DNA of 64,000 nt from an uncultured Gemmatimonadales bacterium (GTDB lineage Bacteria > Gemmatimonadota > Gemmatimonadetes > Gemmatimonadales > GWC2-71-9): contig CAWCVB010000005.1 of assembly GCA_963798915.1 (NCBI GenBank), forward strand, positions 1 to 64,000. The letters are read 5' to 3'. The notes below the pieces were generated by a model that was given only the letters and a program-made list of their open reading frames with translations, was not told the origin of the DNA and ran no database searches. Of the stretch, positions 9,301 to 20,772 are shown in pieces (position 1 is the stretch's first letter; each line of letters starts with the position of its first letter). Made by a program: the position numbers and the translations under genes.

Positions 9301-10542
9301 TCAGCGCTTCCGGCGCGTGGTCTTGGCCTCGCTCCGGGAACGCGCCTTGGCCCGCTGTTCCCGCACCACCTTGAGCCGCTCACCCAGCGGCACCTCCAGG
9401 CGCGCCGCCGGCTGCGCCTTGTAATCAAAGTCCGGCACCAGGACCCTCGGCAGCCGCTTGCCCAGCTCCCGCTCGATCCTTCTGAGCGACGATTCCTCGT
9501 CCGGCGCCACCAGGGTGAAGGCATCGCCCACGGCATCGGCCCGGCCGGTCCGGCCCACCCGGTGGATGTAGTCCTCCGCCACCTTGGGCACGTCGAAATT
9601 GATCACGTGGCCCAGCGACTCGATATCAATGCCCCGCGCCGCAATGTCGGTGGCCACCAGCACCCGGAACTCGCCGCTCTTGAACCCGGCCAGTGCCTTG
9701 GTGCGCTGCGCCTGCGACCGGTTGCCGTGGATGGCCTGCGCCGCAATGCGATGGGTATCGAGATATTTGGTGAGCCGGTTGGCGCGATGCTTGGTGCGGG
9801 TGAAGACCAGCGCTTCTTCCATGTCGCCGTTGCCCAGCAGGTGCAGCAGGAGCGCCGACTTGAGCTCCTGCGGCACCGGGTAGACGGCGTGCGTGATGCC
9901 CACCGCCGGCGCCGACTTCCGCTCCAGGTTGATGCTGACCGGGTCATGCAGCAGGGTGTGCGACAGCTTGAGGATCTCGGGCGGCATGGTCGCACTGAAG
10001 AAGAGGGTCTGCCTCGGCGCCGACGGAAGGTGCCGCAGGATCTTCCGGATCTCGGGCAGGAACCCCATGTCCAGCATCCGGTCGGCCTCGTCCAGCACCA
10101 GGACTTCGAGCCCGGCCAGCTTGGCGTAGGGGAAACGGAAGTGGTCCATCAGGCGGCCCGGCGTGGCGATGATGACGTCGGCGCCGCTCCGGAGCGCATG
10201 CTCCTGCGGTCCCATGCCCACGCCGCCGTAGACGGCCGCCGCGGTGATCGGGGTGTGGATGGCGAGGTCGTTCAGGTCCTCGAGGATCTGGGCCGCGAGT
10301 TCACGCGTGGGCGTGAGCACCAGCGCCCGGGTGGTGCCCCGGGGCCGCTCGATCAACCGGTTGAGCACCGGAAGAATGAAGGCCGCCGTCTTGCCGCTGC
10401 CAGTCATGGCGCAGGCCAGGACGTCCCGGCCCTCGAGGGCCGGCGGAATGGCGTCAGTCTGGATCGGGGTGGGTCGGATGAAGCCGAGTTCCTTGACGCC
10501 GCGAAGGAGGTTCGGATGCAGGTTCAGCGAGGCAAACGGCAC
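9301..10542 (-). CDS. rhlE: DEAD-box RNA helicase (RhlE-like)
   Basis: Q motif PTPIQ, AMTGSGKT, PTRELA, TPGRL, DEAD, SAT, ARGID, HRVGRTGRA; GTG start with AAGGA RBS. Confidence 0.9.
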   Translation of the reverse strand: MPFASLNLHPNLLRGVKELGFIRPTPIQTDAIPPALEGRDVLACAMTGSGKTAAFILPVLNRLIERPRGTTRALVLTPTRELAAQILEDLNDLAIHTPITAAAVYGGVGMGPQEHALRSGADVIIATPGRLMDHFRFPYAKLAGLEVLVLDEADRMLDMGFLPEIRKILRHLPSAPRQTLFFSATMPPEILKLSHTLLHDPVSINLERKSAPAVGITHAVYPVPQELKSALLLHLLGNGDMEEALVFTRTKHRANRLTKYLDTHRIAAQAIHGNRSQAQRTKALAGFKSGEFRVLVATDIAARGIDIESLGHVINFDVPKVAEDYIHRVGRTGRADAVGDAFTLVAPDEESSLRRIERELGKRLPRVLVPDFDYKAQPAARLEVPLGERLKVVREQRAKARSRSEAKTTRRKR

Positions 10543-10690
10543 TGGATTCCTTGAGTTGAGAGTGCTGAAGGCAAGGGCGACAGGGGACGGAAGGCAAGGG
10601 CCGGGGTTTCGCCCAGGCCCGCTGCGCTGCATCATTACCTCTAGCCGTCTAGCCGTCTCGCCGTCTCGCCATCTCGCCGTCTGAGGTCCC

Positions 10691-11837
10691 ATGCGCCGAC
10701 TGCTTCTGGCTGCCCTCTCGCTTGCCATCGCCTCGCCCGCCCGGGCGCAGACCCCGCCCGACCAGCTCGCCGCCCACCCGCCGATGGGCTGGAACAGCTG
10801 GAACAAGTTTGCCTGCGACATCAATGAGAAGCTGATCCGGGAGACGGCCGACTCGATGGTGGCGAGCGGAATGCGGGACGCCGGCTACATCTACGTGAAT
10901 ATCGACGACTGCTGGATGGCGCCCGAGCGCGATGCCCAGGGCCGTCTCCAGCCCGACCCCAAGCGCTTTCCCCACGGGATCAAGGCGCTGGCCGACTACG
11001 TCCATTCCCTCAACATGAAGCTGGGGATCTACTCTTCGGCGGGCGACCAGGACGTGCCAGGGGCTGCCGGCCAGTCTGGATCACGAGGCCGATGACGCCA
11101 GGTCGTTCGCCGAGTGGGGCGTGGACTACCTCAAGTACGACAACTGTAATAATGAAGGAAGGCCGGCCTTGGAGCGCTACACCGCCATGCGCGATGCGCT
11201 GGCTGCCACCGGCCGGCCCATCATCTTCAGTCTCTGCGAATGGGGCTCCAACCGGCCCTGGCTCTGGGGCCGCAAGGTGAACGGCTCGCTCTGGCGCACC
11301 ACCGGCGACATCGAAGATCGCTGGACCTCGGTCACCTGGATCCTGGACCAGCAGATCGGGCTCCAGGCCTTTGCCGGACCCGGCGGCTGGAACGATCCCG
11401 ACATGCTGGAGGTGGGGAACGGCGGCATGAACGCCCGCGAGTACCGGGCGCACTTCTCGATGTGGGCGCTCCTCAACGCGCCGCTCATTGCCGGCAACGA
11501 CATCCGCTCCATGAACGACACCACTGGCGGCATCCTGATGAACGCCGAGGTGATCGCGGTGGACCAGGACTGGGGCGGGTCGCAAGGTTACAAACTGAGG
11601 GATGATGGCGACCGGGAAGTCTGGGCCAAGCCCATGGCCGACGGCTCGGTGGCCGTGGTACTGCTCAACCGGGGCGAGACGTCGGGCGTGATCGGGGTGA
11701 CCCGCCAGGAACTCCGGCTCCCCCGCGGCACCTGGCGCGCGCGCGAGCTGTGGAGCCACGTGGATGAGCCGCTCAACGACGCATTGAGCGCGATGGTGCC
11801 ATCGCACGGGGCGATGATGTATGTGGTGGGGATGTAG
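10691..11837 (+). CDS. Secreted GH27 alpha-galactosidase, frameshift near 11050
   Basis: Signal peptide; PPMGWNSWN, VNIDDCW, DYLKYDNC, WRTTGDI, WNDPDMLEVGN. Confidence 0.92.
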
Positions 11838-11863
11838 GTCGCGGGTTCGCGGGTCGAGAAGGC

Positions 11864-11952
11864 TGTCATCCCGAGCGAGCCAGGCGAGCGAGGGATCTAC
11901 TTGTCCGGTCCCGACGCTGGCCAGCAGATCCCTCGCTGTGCTCGGGATGACA
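11864..11952. repeat. REP-like palindrome family TGTCATCC(C/T)GAG..GGATCT-N-AGATCC..CTC(A/G)GGATGACA
   Basis: Further copies at 15591-15660 (partial), 17736-17827, 33251-33489 (x3), 37365-37454, 52224-52313, 54595-54684, 60687-60771. Confidence 0.9.
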
Positions 11953-12042
11953 AACCGTTGGCTTCCCGGCGCGCCGTCTCGCCGTCTATGCCGTCTCGCC
12001 GTCTAGCCGTCTAGCCGTCTAACCATCTAACCGTCAAACTCC

Positions 12043-13796
12043 ATGCCCGTCGCCCATCTGAGCACCATCGACGTCATCGTCATGCTGGTGTACTTCGCCT
12101 TTGTCCTGGGCATGGGCTGGGCCCTCAGCCGCTACATGCGGACCAGCACCGATTTCTTCCTCTCCGGGCGCTCGATTCCGGCCTGGGTTGCCGGGCTCGC
12201 GTTCCTCTCCGCCAACCTGGGCGCGCAGGAAGTGATCGGCATGGCGCGCATCGGGCGCCAAGTACGGGATCGCCACCAGCCACTTCTACTGGGTCGGCGC
12301 CATCCCGGCGATGGTGTTCGTCGGCGGCTGTTCATGATGCCGTTCTACTACGGCTCCCGGGCCCGCTCGGTCCCCGAGTACCTCAAGCTGCGCTTCGACG
12401 AGAAGACCCGCGCGCTGAATGCCGTTTCCTTTGCGGTGATGACGGTGTTCTCCTCGGGCATCTCGATGTATGCCATGGCCAAGCTGCTGCTCACACCTGC
12501 TGCTGGGCTGGGACTTCAACCTCAGCATGCTGGTCGCTGCCTGCATCGTGCTGGCCTACATCTTCCTCGGTGGCCTGACCAGCGCGATCTACAACGAAGT
12601 GCTGCAGTTCTTCCTGATCGTGGTCGGGCTTGCGCCGCTGGTGTATGCTGGGGCTCGAAGAACGTGGGCGGCTGGAGCGGGCTCAAGGCCAAGCTCGCCA
12701 CCGAGGCGGTGTCGCAGGGCTTCCAGCCCGGCGCGTACACGCATGCCTGGCAGTACATGGATTCGGCCGCGCACAATCCCATCGGCGTGGAATGGTTCGG
12801 GCTGGTGATGGGGCTCGGCTTTGTGCTGTCGTTCGGCTACTGGTGTACGGATTTCCTGGTGGTCCAGCGGGCCATGGCTGCCGACTCGCTGCGGCCGCCC
12901 GCCGCACGCCTCTGATCGCGGCGTTTCCCAAGATGCTGTTTCCCTTCCTGGTGATCCTGCCCGGAGATGCTGGCGCTCGCCGCTCACGGCCGGCGGCCAC
13001 GGCATGATCCCGCCCAAGCTCGATGCACTCACCGGCATGCCCATGGTCTCAGCCGGCGGCGCGCCGGTGCTCGATTTTGATCTGGCGACGCCCATGATGC
13101 TGGTCCACTATTTCCCGTCGGGCCTGCTGGGTGTGGGCCTGATTGCGCTGCTGGCCTCCTTCATGTCCGGCATGGCCGGCAACGTGACCGCGTTCAACAC
13201 CGTCTGGACCTACGACATCTACCAGAGCTACATCCGGAAGGGCGCCAGCGACCGGCACTATCTCTGGATGGGTCGGGTCGCCACGGTGTTCGGCATCGCC
13301 TTCTCGGTGGCCGCGGCCTATGTGGCCGCCGCGCTTCAACAACGTGATGGATGTGCTGCAGCTGGTCTTTGCCTTCGTGAACGCGCCGCTCTTTGCCACC
13401 TTCCTGCTGGGGATGTTCTGGAAACGCACCACCGGCCACGGCGCCTTCACCGGGCTGGTGGCGGGTACGCTTGCCGCCGCCATCCACCATGGGCTCTCGC
13501 TTCCGGCCGGCGCCGTGGTCGGGGTGAAGGGCGGCTACCTCGGCGCGCTCACCACCTACCCCAGTGAGCTGGCGCAGACGTTCTGGACCGCGATCGCCGC
13601 CTGGACCACCTGCTTCGTGGTGACGATCCTGGTGAGCATGATGACCCGGCCCCGGCCGAGGGAGGAACTGGCCGGACTGGTCTATTCGGAAACGCCGAGG
13701 GAGGTGGATGGCGCTGCACGGTGGTGGCAGCGGCCGGCAGTGCTGGGCACCGGCATCCTGCTGCTCACCCTGGCACTCAACCTGATCTTCTTCTGA
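12043..13796 (+). CDS. Sodium:solute symporter (SSS/SLC5), probably sugar; several frameshifts
   Basis: DFFLSGRSIPAW..SANLGAQE, SVPEYLKLRFD, YWCTDFLVVQRAMAA, LLASFMSG..FNTVWTYDIY spread over alternating frames; next to GH27. Confidence 0.88.
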
Positions 13797-13808
13797 GCGG
13801 AGGATCGC

Positions 13809-14105
13809 ATGACTGAACCGCTTGGCCTGGACGTTCGCCTTCCCCTGGGTGGGCTGTTCAGCGTGCTCGGCGTGCTGCTGGTGGGCTTCGGTGCGGCCAC
13901 CCGGGGGTCAGAGCTGTACCAGCGCTCGCTGGGCGTGAACGTGAACCTCTGGTGGGGACTGGTGATGCTGGCCTTCGGCGTGCTGCTGCTGCTGATGGTC
14001 CGCCGCGGCCGGCGCGCCGCCGGGGTTCATCCGGCAGACCAGACGCCCGAGGGCCGGGAGACGGAAGCGCGCGAGCGGGGGACGGGGTTGGAGGAAGGCG
14101 TATAA
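13809..14105 (+). CDS. Small two-TM membrane protein associated with the SSS transporter
   Basis: GGAGG RBS; LDVRLPLGGLF..SLGVNVNLWWGLVMLAFG. Confidence 0.75.
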   Translation: MTEPLGLDVRLPLGGLFSVLGVLLVGFGAATRGSELYQRSLGVNVNLWWGLVMLAFGVLLLLMVRRGRRAAGVHPADQTPEGRETEARERGTGLEEGV

Positions 14106-14223
14106 GTCGGGAAGACGGGAGGGCGGGAAGACGGGAAGAGAGTCGGGAAGACGGGAAGAAAGACGGGAAGACGGGAAGCGCTATTCCGCCAGAACTTCCC
14201 GTCCTCCCGCCTTCCCGCCTCCT
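14106..14223. repeat. Inverted octamer arrays (GACGGGAA)n...(TTCCCGTC)n between convergent genes
   Basis: Directly visible; likely bidirectional terminator-like hairpin. Confidence 0.85.
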
Positions 14224-14887
14224 ACGCCTTCACAGCTTTCCGCTTCCTGATCAGGCCCGTGCCGCCGATGCCTACCAGACCAGTGGCAAGTAGTGCCATG
14301 GTCAGGGGTTCGGGCACTGCAGTCACGCCCTTGACGGCGAAGATGGCGTCATTGTAGTCCAGGTCGCCGCCACCCAGGATGTCTTCAAATCCCACGATAT
14401 AGGTGTACTCGGGGGGGAAGAGGGTAGTGTCGAGCGGCCCGAACTCGGCCTCGTAGTCGGCCCGGGTCCATACCCGCGCGTGAGCCAGGCCGTCGGCATT
14501 GCGGCTGCCGTCGCCGGTGTAGAAGACATCGTCCGCATTGCTGCAGTCCGGTCCGGGCGATTCGCTGGCGCGGTTGACGCAGATCCCGAAGATGGCCTCG
14601 TCGCCGACGTTGAGGCCGCTGTCATCGGGGTCACCCACGGTCCCCACTGGGGACGTGTGATTGTTGAACATGAAATTGGCGGTACTAAAGTCACCAATGC
14701 TCATGAAGTAGTAGACATCGTTGCTGTACAGCGCGTCAGCGCCAACGAACGCAACGACAATATCCCCGCTCTTGATCAGCGGGCCGCCCAGCACGCCGTC
14801 AGCGTGAGCCGGCGTCGAGGCGGTCAGCGCTGCGGCGACGAAGGCAAGGCCCAGCGCGAACTTGCTGTGTGTACTCATGTGTTCCAT
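14222..14887 (-). CDS. PEP-CTERM protein with DUF4114-like domain
   Basis: Signal peptide (AHA), GFEDILGGGDLDYNDAIF, C-terminal VPEP + TM helix + RKRK. Confidence 0.9.
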   Translation of the reverse strand: MEHMSTHSKFALGLAFVAAALTASTPAHADGVLGGPLIKSGDIVVAFVGADALYSNDVYYFMSIGDFSTANFMFNNHTSPVGTVGDPDDSGLNVGDEAIFGICVNRASESPGPDCSNADDVFYTGDGSRNADGLAHARVWTRADYEAEFGPLDTTLFPPEYTYIVGFEDILGGGDLDYNDAIFAVKGVTAVPEPLTMALLATGLVGIGGTGLIRKRKAVKA

Positions 14888-15065
14888 GACGACCTCTGGG
14901 GGTTTGGTCAAACACCTGCGAATGGGGCGGTTCACCGCCTCTGCCTGCGGGCGGATGCGCACACCGGCCATCCGGTTCCCCAATATCGCACTTGGCTCTC
15001 CACATACAAGGGTCTAAATCACACCGTTTGACGTGACGTTTCGCAACATTTTGACGCTCATCGTT

Positions 15066-15536
15066 TCAGTCATTGACGTCCTTGACGCAACGCACGAACT
15101 CCTCGCGGAATCCGAGGTGCTGATAGAACCCGCGGGCGCGCTGGTTGTTGGCAAACACACTTAGCTCCACCCGGTAGAAGCGCTTCTGTCGAGCCCAGTC
15201 TTCCACTGCCTGCATCAGCAGCCGGGCGACGCCCTTGCCCTGGGCTTCCTGCGCCACGGCCAGCACTTCGACATAGGCAGCGACGCGACCGGTGAAGTAG
15301 TCGGCGCGCGTGTTGGCGAACAGGGTGCCGATGACGCCAAGCTCGTCATCGTCCGCCACCAGGAAGAGCACCGAGTCGTCCGGGGTGGCCAGCCGGGCGT
15401 CGATCAGGTGCAGGTCGGCGACGGCGATCTCGTGCGCCGTACGGCCTGGCGGCAGCTCAAAATCGGCCAGGCGCTGGCAGAGCGTGATGATGCGGTCGCG
15501 ATCGGGGGGCGTGGCGCTGCGGAGTGCAATGGGCAT
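15066..15536 (-). CDS. GNAT family N-acetyltransferase
   Basis: LAVAQEAQGKGVARLLM, NQRARGFYQHLGF. Confidence 0.9.
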   Translation of the reverse strand: MPIALRSATPPDRDRIITLCQRLADFELPPGRTAHEIAVADLHLIDARLATPDDSVLFLVADDDELGVIGTLFANTRADYFTGRVAAYVEVLAVAQEAQGKGVARLLMQAVEDWARQKRFYRVELSVFANNQRARGFYQHLGFREEFVRCVKDVND

Positions 15537-15669
15537 GGAGTATGATAGGCGCGTCGAGGGCGGCCCGCGGGCCGGCCGCACGAGGGTTGGGCAGCGAGGG
15601 ATCTTGCCGGCCGTGCTCCGGAGCCGGGTGAGCAGATCCTTCGCTTCGCTCAGGATGACACCTCTCGCG

Positions 15670-15771
15670 AACCGACGACCGGCGACCGGCGACCGACGAC
15701 CGACGACCGACGACCGACCACCGACGACCGGCGACCGGCGACCGACGACCGATGACCGACGACCGACGACT
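15670..15771. repeat. Heptamer array (GACCGAC/GACCGGC)n
   Basis: Same family at 3766-3790, 24183-24210, 33501-33572, 37275-37352 (inverted), 37465-37495, 52324-52386, 54710-54742. Confidence 0.9.
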
Positions 15772-15783
15772 ATCTTTCCCCCC

Positions 15784-17587
15784 ATGCCTGATCGAACCCA
15801 AACGCAAAATCAACACTGCCGCCGCCTGGCGCGAAGCCCGCGCGCTCATCTGGACCTACCGCCGCCGCTTGGCGCTGGGTCTGGTGCTGATGCTGATCAA
15901 CCGGCTGGCCGGCTTTGTCCTGCCGGGCAGCTCCAAGATGCTGATCGACAAGGTGCTGGGGCAGGGACGCGGTGATCTGCTCATGCCGCTGGCCCTTGCG
16001 GCCGCCGGCGCCACGCTGGTTCAGGCCACCACCGGTTTTGGCCTCGCGATCGTGATGAGCGTGGCGGCGCAGCGGGCCATTACCGAGATGCGGAAGCGGG
16101 TCGAGGCCCATGTGCTGCGGCTTCCGATCGGCTATTTCGACTCCACCAAGAGCGGCATCCTGATTTCCCGGATCATGACCGACGCCGAAGGGGTGCGAAA
16201 CCTGGTCGGCACCGGCCTGGTGCAGCTGGTGGGTGGTGTCTTCACCGCTGCGCTGGCGCTGGGGGTGCTGTTCTGGCTCAACTGGCAGCTCACCAGCGCG
16301 ACGCTGGTGGTGATCGCCATCTTCGGTGCGGTGATGTTCGTGGCCTTCCGCCGGCTGCGCCCCATCTTCCGGGAGCGGGGCGAAATCAACGCCGACGTCA
16401 CCGGCCGCCTGGCCGAAACGGTGGGCGGCATCCGGCTGATCAAGACGTACACGGCGGAACGCCGGGAGAAGCTGGTCTTTGCGCGCGGGGTGCACCGGCT
16501 CTTCCGCAACATTGCCAGGAGTATCACCGGCGTGAACCTGGTGGGCAGCTTCACCACCGTGCTGATCGGGGTGGTGGGCGTGCTGCTGATCGTCTTCGGC
16601 GGCCGAGCCATGCTGAACCAGACCATGACGCTGGGCGACTTCGTCATGTACGTCTTCTTCATCGGCCTGGTGGCGGCGCCGCTGGTGGGTGTGGCGTCGA
16701 TCGGGACCCAGATCAGCGAGGCCTTTGCCGGCCTGGACCGGATCCGGGAAATCCGCGAGCTGGAAACCGAAGACGCCGATGACGCCAACCGCCACGCCGT
16801 GCCGGAGCTGCAGGGCGAGGTGGAATTTCGGGACGTCTCCTTCGAGTATGAGGCGGGAGTGCCGGTGCTCCGGCACGTGACCTTCCGCGCCCCGGCCGGC
16901 TGCACCACTGCACTGGTGGGCGCCAGCGGCTCGGGCAAGAGCACGCTCATCTCGCTGGTGATGGCCTTCAACCGGCCCACCTCCGGCCAGGTGCTGGTCG
17001 ACGGTATTGACCTGGGTGAGCTTCGGCTTCGCGACTACCGCTCCAACCTGGGTGTGGTGCTGCAGGACAACTTCCTCTTTGACGGTACCATCGCCGAGAA
17101 CATCGAGTTCTCCAAGCCGGGCGCGAGCCGGATCGAGGTGGAGGCAGCGGGGCGGGTGGCGCACTGTGACGAGTTCGTATCGCGGATGGAACTGGGGTAT
17201 GACACCGTCGTGGGCGAGCGCGGGGTCAAGCTTTCGGGCGGCCAGCGCCAGCGCGTGGCCATTGCCCGCGCCATCCTGGCCGACCCGCGGATCCTCCTGC
17301 TGGACGAGGCCACCTCGTCGCTCGATTCCGAGAGCGAGGCGATGATCCGTGATGGGCTCCGGAAGCTGCGCGAGGGCCGCACCACCTTTGTCATTGCCCA
17401 CCGGCTCAGCACCATCGCCAGCGCCGACCAGATCCTGGTGCTCGAGGGCGGCGAGATCGTGGAGCGGGGCAGCCAGCCCGAATTGCTGGCACTGCACGGC
17501 CGCTACCGGCAGCTGTACGAGAAGCAGTACGGGGTGGAGCTGGACCGGTTCGTGAATGAGGGCGAGGAACTGCCGACGGAGGCTTGA
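15784..17587 (+). CDS. ABC exporter, fused TMD-NBD (MsbA/Sav1866-like)
   Basis: TM domain, GASGSGKS, LSGGQRQR, LLLDEATSSLD, IAHRLST; ATG 15784 requires a 1-nt indel. Confidence 0.92.
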
Positions 17588-17589
17588 GG

Positions 17590-17992
17590 GGGCGGTGGGC
17601 GGGACGAGACGGACGGGGCCGACGGGGCCGACGAGACGGAGGGGGCCGACGGGGCCGACGAGACGGACGGGGCCGAAGAGACGGACGGGGCCGAAGAGAC
17701 GACGGGGCCGACGGGGCGAGCGAGGCGAGCATCGCGTGTCATCCTGAGCGCAGCGAAGGATCTGCTGGCCCAGTTCCGGGAGCAAGCAAGTAGATCCTTC
17801 GGTCGCTACGCTCCCTCAGGATGACACCGAACTGACTTCGGTCCGCCCTGACTACCCTGACTGCCCTGACTACTCTGACTACCCTGACTGCCCTGACTGC
17901 CCTGACTACCCTGACTACTCTGACTACCCTGACTGCCCTGACTGCCCTGCCCGCCCATCCTGCCCATCCTGCCCATCCTGCCCATCTTGCCC
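17590..17992. repeat. Nested intergenic block: (GACGGGGCC)n, REP, (GACTACCCT/GACTGCCCT)n, (CCTGCCCAT)n
   Basis: Directly visible 9-mer arrays around a REP palindrome between convergent genes. Confidence 0.9.
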
Positions 17993-17993
17993 C

Positions 17994-20333
17994 TCAATCT
18001 CCCAGACTGAATTCCCGCGGCGCCCCTGTCCCCAGCAGGTTCCGCACGAAGTAGTCCCACCGGCGGCGGATGACATACGGCTCGTTCCCGAACCCGTGCC
18101 GGCGGTTGGGCAGGATGATGAGGTCGAAGTCCTTGTTGGCGTCGATCAGCTGGTTCACCACCAGCAGCGTGTTATAGAACGGCACGTTGTCGTCCATGGA
18201 GCCGTGCATCAGCAGCAGCTTGCCCTTGAGGTTCCGGGCCACGTTCTGGTTGGCCTGGTTGTCGTAATTGGTGGAATCCTTTCCGTAGCGTACCAGCAGC
18301 CCCTGCCACTTCTCGGCCCAGTCGTCCTCGTAATTGCGGTTGTCGTGGTTGCCGGCTTCCGAGATGCCCACCTTGAAGAAATCAGGGTAGCGGAACATGG
18401 CGTCCGCCGTGGCGTAGCCGCCGCCCGAGTGGCCGTAGATGCCGGCACGGTTGATGTCGATCCAGTGATAGCGTTCCGCCAGCTGCTTCATGCCCGCCAC
18501 CTGGTCGGGCAGCCCGTTGTCCCCCATGTCGCCGAAATAGGCGTCGTGAAATGACTTGGACCGCATCGGCGTGCCCATCGCGTCCAGCGCCACGACGATG
18601 AAGCCCAGTTCGGCCAGCGCCTGGTTGTCGCCCCTGGCCGGCGAGAAGGAGCGCGAGCCCACGCTTCCGGTCTGCGGGCCGGGATAGATGTGGTTGACGA
18701 TCGGATAGCTGCGGCTCGAATCGAGCGTGGTTGGCACGAACATCAGGCCGTAAATATCGGTCTTGCCGTCACGGGCCTTGACGGTGAAGGGCACCGGCGG
18801 CTTCCACCCGGTGGCCAGGAGCTTCGAGATGTCGGCCTTCTCGATGGTCTGCCTGAGCTTACCCTGCTTGTTCCGCACCACGGTGACCGGCGGAGTGTCG
18901 GGCGTTGAATAGCTGTCCACGAACCAGGCGCCGTCAGGCGCAAAGCTCACTGTATGGTCGGCATTCTCCGGTGTCAGCAGCTTCTCGCCGCTCCCGTCCA
19001 GCTTCACACTGTAGAGGTGAGTGAAGTAGGGATCCCGTCCCGCTTCGCGACCGGCGCCGGTGAAGTAGATGATGCCGGCGGACTCGTCCACCCGCAGGAC
19101 GTCCAGCACCGGACCGGGGCCCTTGGTGACCTGATTCTTGAGCTTGCCGCTGGCCAGGTCGTAGCGGTAGAGGTTGCCCCAGTCATCGCGCTCCGAATAC
19201 CACAGCACTTCGCCGCGCTTCCAGAGCACCCGCCAGCTGATGCCGTCCACGCCACTTTCGTAATAAGTGTCCTGGTGCTCGTGCAGCACGGTGCGCACCT
19301 CGCCCGTGGCGGCGTCGGCCACCCGCAGCGTCGCGTCCTTGTGGTCGCGCGAGCTGGACACGAAGGCGAGCTGGCTGCCGTCCGGCTTCCATTGCACGTC
19401 GGAAAAGGTGTCGCCACTGCAGGCCACATGGTCGCAGATGGTGGAGCGGTGCGGATCGGCCGGCATCTTGAGCCGCACCATGCCGCTGCCGTCGGCGTTG
19501 ATGATGACCCGGCTGATGCGGAAGATCAGCGAGTCGCCCGGCAGGGGATACTTCCACTCCTTGAGCACCGGATGGCCCACTTTGGTGCTCGCCAGGTACA
19601 TCTCGCCCACACCCCGGCCGTCGTGCTGGAAGGTCGCGATCTTCTTCGAATCGGGCGACCAGAGCAGCACCGGCCGATCACTCATGGTCCAGCCGGCGTT
19701 GTTGGTGGCGTAACCGTAGTCCTCGATGCCGTCGGTGGTGAGCTGGGTCTCCTTGCCCGTGGCGACGTCGCGCACCCAGAGATTGTTGTCGCGCCGGAAC
19801 GCGGCCAGCTTCCCGTCGGGCGAGACGATGGCATCCCGGCTCATCTGGCTCTGGACCTCAGCGGCCGGCGCGCAGGTGGTGCCGTCCGCGGTGCAGGTCC
19901 AGCGCTTGTCCTTCACCGAGAAGGTGATGGATCGGCCGTCCTCGGTGTACTCGAAGGTGGCAAAGGGAAGGCTGTCGGCGCTGTAGCTTGCCGCTGCCGC
20001 CTTGGACAGCGCCTCGGCGACCTTGGCCTGATTGAAGGCGTCGTTCCGGCTCTTCCGGGCCGGGTCCACCACGACGAACCGGGTTCCGGATGGCGTGTTG
20101 ACGCGATACCAGAACCGGTCGCCCGAAAGCCAGCTGGGCCGGACGCCGCTGTTGTAGACCAGCGGGAAGGTGCTCCTGGCCAGGAACTTCTCGGCCCGGG
20201 CATAATCGGCCGAGGTGACCGAGTCCGGGCGCCAGGGCGACTGCGCTGACAGGACGGGCGAGATGGGCAGGGCGGGCAGGACGGACAGGCCCAGGGCGGT
20301 CACGGAGATCAGCCGGACGTGCTTCCAGCGCAT
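17994..20333 (-). CDS. S9 family dipeptidyl-peptidase IV-like protein, secreted
   Basis: Signal peptide, DPP-IV beta-propeller region, GHSGGG nucleophile, DDNV and RRHGF. Confidence 0.92.
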   Translation of the reverse strand: MRWKHVRLISVTALGLSVLPALPISPVLSAQSPWRPDSVTSADYARAEKFLARSTFPLVYNSGVRPSWLSGDRFWYRVNTPSGTRFVVVDPARKSRNDAFNQAKVAEALSKAAAASYSADSLPFATFEYTEDGRSITFSVKDKRWTCTADGTTCAPAAEVQSQMSRDAIVSPDGKLAAFRRDNNLWVRDVATGKETQLTTDGIEDYGYATNNAGWTMSDRPVLLWSPDSKKIATFQHDGRGVGEMYLASTKVGHPVLKEWKYPLPGDSLIFRISRVIINADGSGMVRLKMPADPHRSTICDHVACSGDTFSDVQWKPDGSQLAFVSSSRDHKDATLRVADAATGEVRTVLHEHQDTYYESGVDGISWRVLWKRGEVLWYSERDDWGNLYRYDLASGKLKNQVTKGPGPVLDVLRVDESAGIIYFTGAGREAGRDPYFTHLYSVKLDGSGEKLLTPENADHTVSFAPDGAWFVDSYSTPDTPPVTVVRNKQGKLRQTIEKADISKLLATGWKPPVPFTVKARDGKTDIYGLMFVPTTLDSSRSYPIVNHIYPGPQTGSVGSRSFSPARGDNQALAELGFIVVALDAMGTPMRSKSFHDAYFGDMGDNGLPDQVAGMKQLAERYHWIDINRAGIYGHSGGGYATADAMFRYPDFFKVGISEAGNHDNRNYEDDWAEKWQGLLVRYGKDSTNYDNQANQNVARNLKGKLLLMHGSMDDNVPFYNTLLVVNQLIDANKDFDLIILPNRRHGFGNEPYVIRRRWDYFVRNLLGTGAPREFSLGD

Positions 20334-20506
20334 GGTACTGCTCCTTGGTGAAGAATGGAGGCAGGTACCAAGATGGGCGGGATGGGCTGGATGGGCCAGA
20401 TGGGCAGGTCGGCAAGACGGCAAGACGGCAAGTTTTCTCGCCAACTAGCCGTCTAGCCGTCCGGCCGTCTATAATTCGCCCCTACTCGCTCACGGGAGTC
20501 GCTCGA

Positions 20507-20707
20507 ATGCGGTTGCTGGCCTGGTTGCTGGTGCTGATCGGTGCCATCGGTGTGGTTTGGGGTGTCCTCATGATGATCGGTGGGATGACCGGCCCTCACG
20601 CGCTTGCCTTCCAGTTCGAGTCGGCCGGTGGCCCCGGGCCGCTGATCGGTGGGATGCTGCTGATTGCCGCCGGGCTGACCTTCGCCAGGGAGTGGGCGAA
20701 AAAGTAG
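20507..20707 (+). CDS. Small two-TM membrane protein
   Basis: TATAAT at 20470-20475, GGGAG RBS, two hydrophobic stretches. Confidence 0.6.
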   Translation: MRLLAWLLVLIGAIGVVWGVLMMIGGMTGPHALAFQFESAGGPGPLIGGMLLIAAGLTFAREWAKK

Positions 20708-20747
20708 GGGACCGGCTTGCCGGGCCCGGCAAGCCGGTCCCCTACTT
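20702..20747. repeat. Perfect 46-bp palindrome with GTAG/CTAC ends, followed by (CTTCCCA)n
   Basis: AAGTAGGGGACCGGCTTGCCGGG|CCCGGCAAGCCGGTCCCCTACTT; resembles GTAG-type REP. Confidence 0.85.
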
Positions 20748-20772
20748 CCCACTTCCCACTTCCCACTTCTAA

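Noticed and set aside
14940..15060. Sigma-54 promoter for the PEP-CTERM gene
   Set aside because: The best candidate TGGCCG..GCGC has GG-GC spacing one base short of the -24/-12 consensus
15770..17785. Long antisense ORFs (e.g. 15770..17785-, 28046..30007-, 40330..41871-, 45832..47253-, 50596..51978-)
   Set aside because: Shadow ORFs expected at high GC opposite genes with clear family motifs
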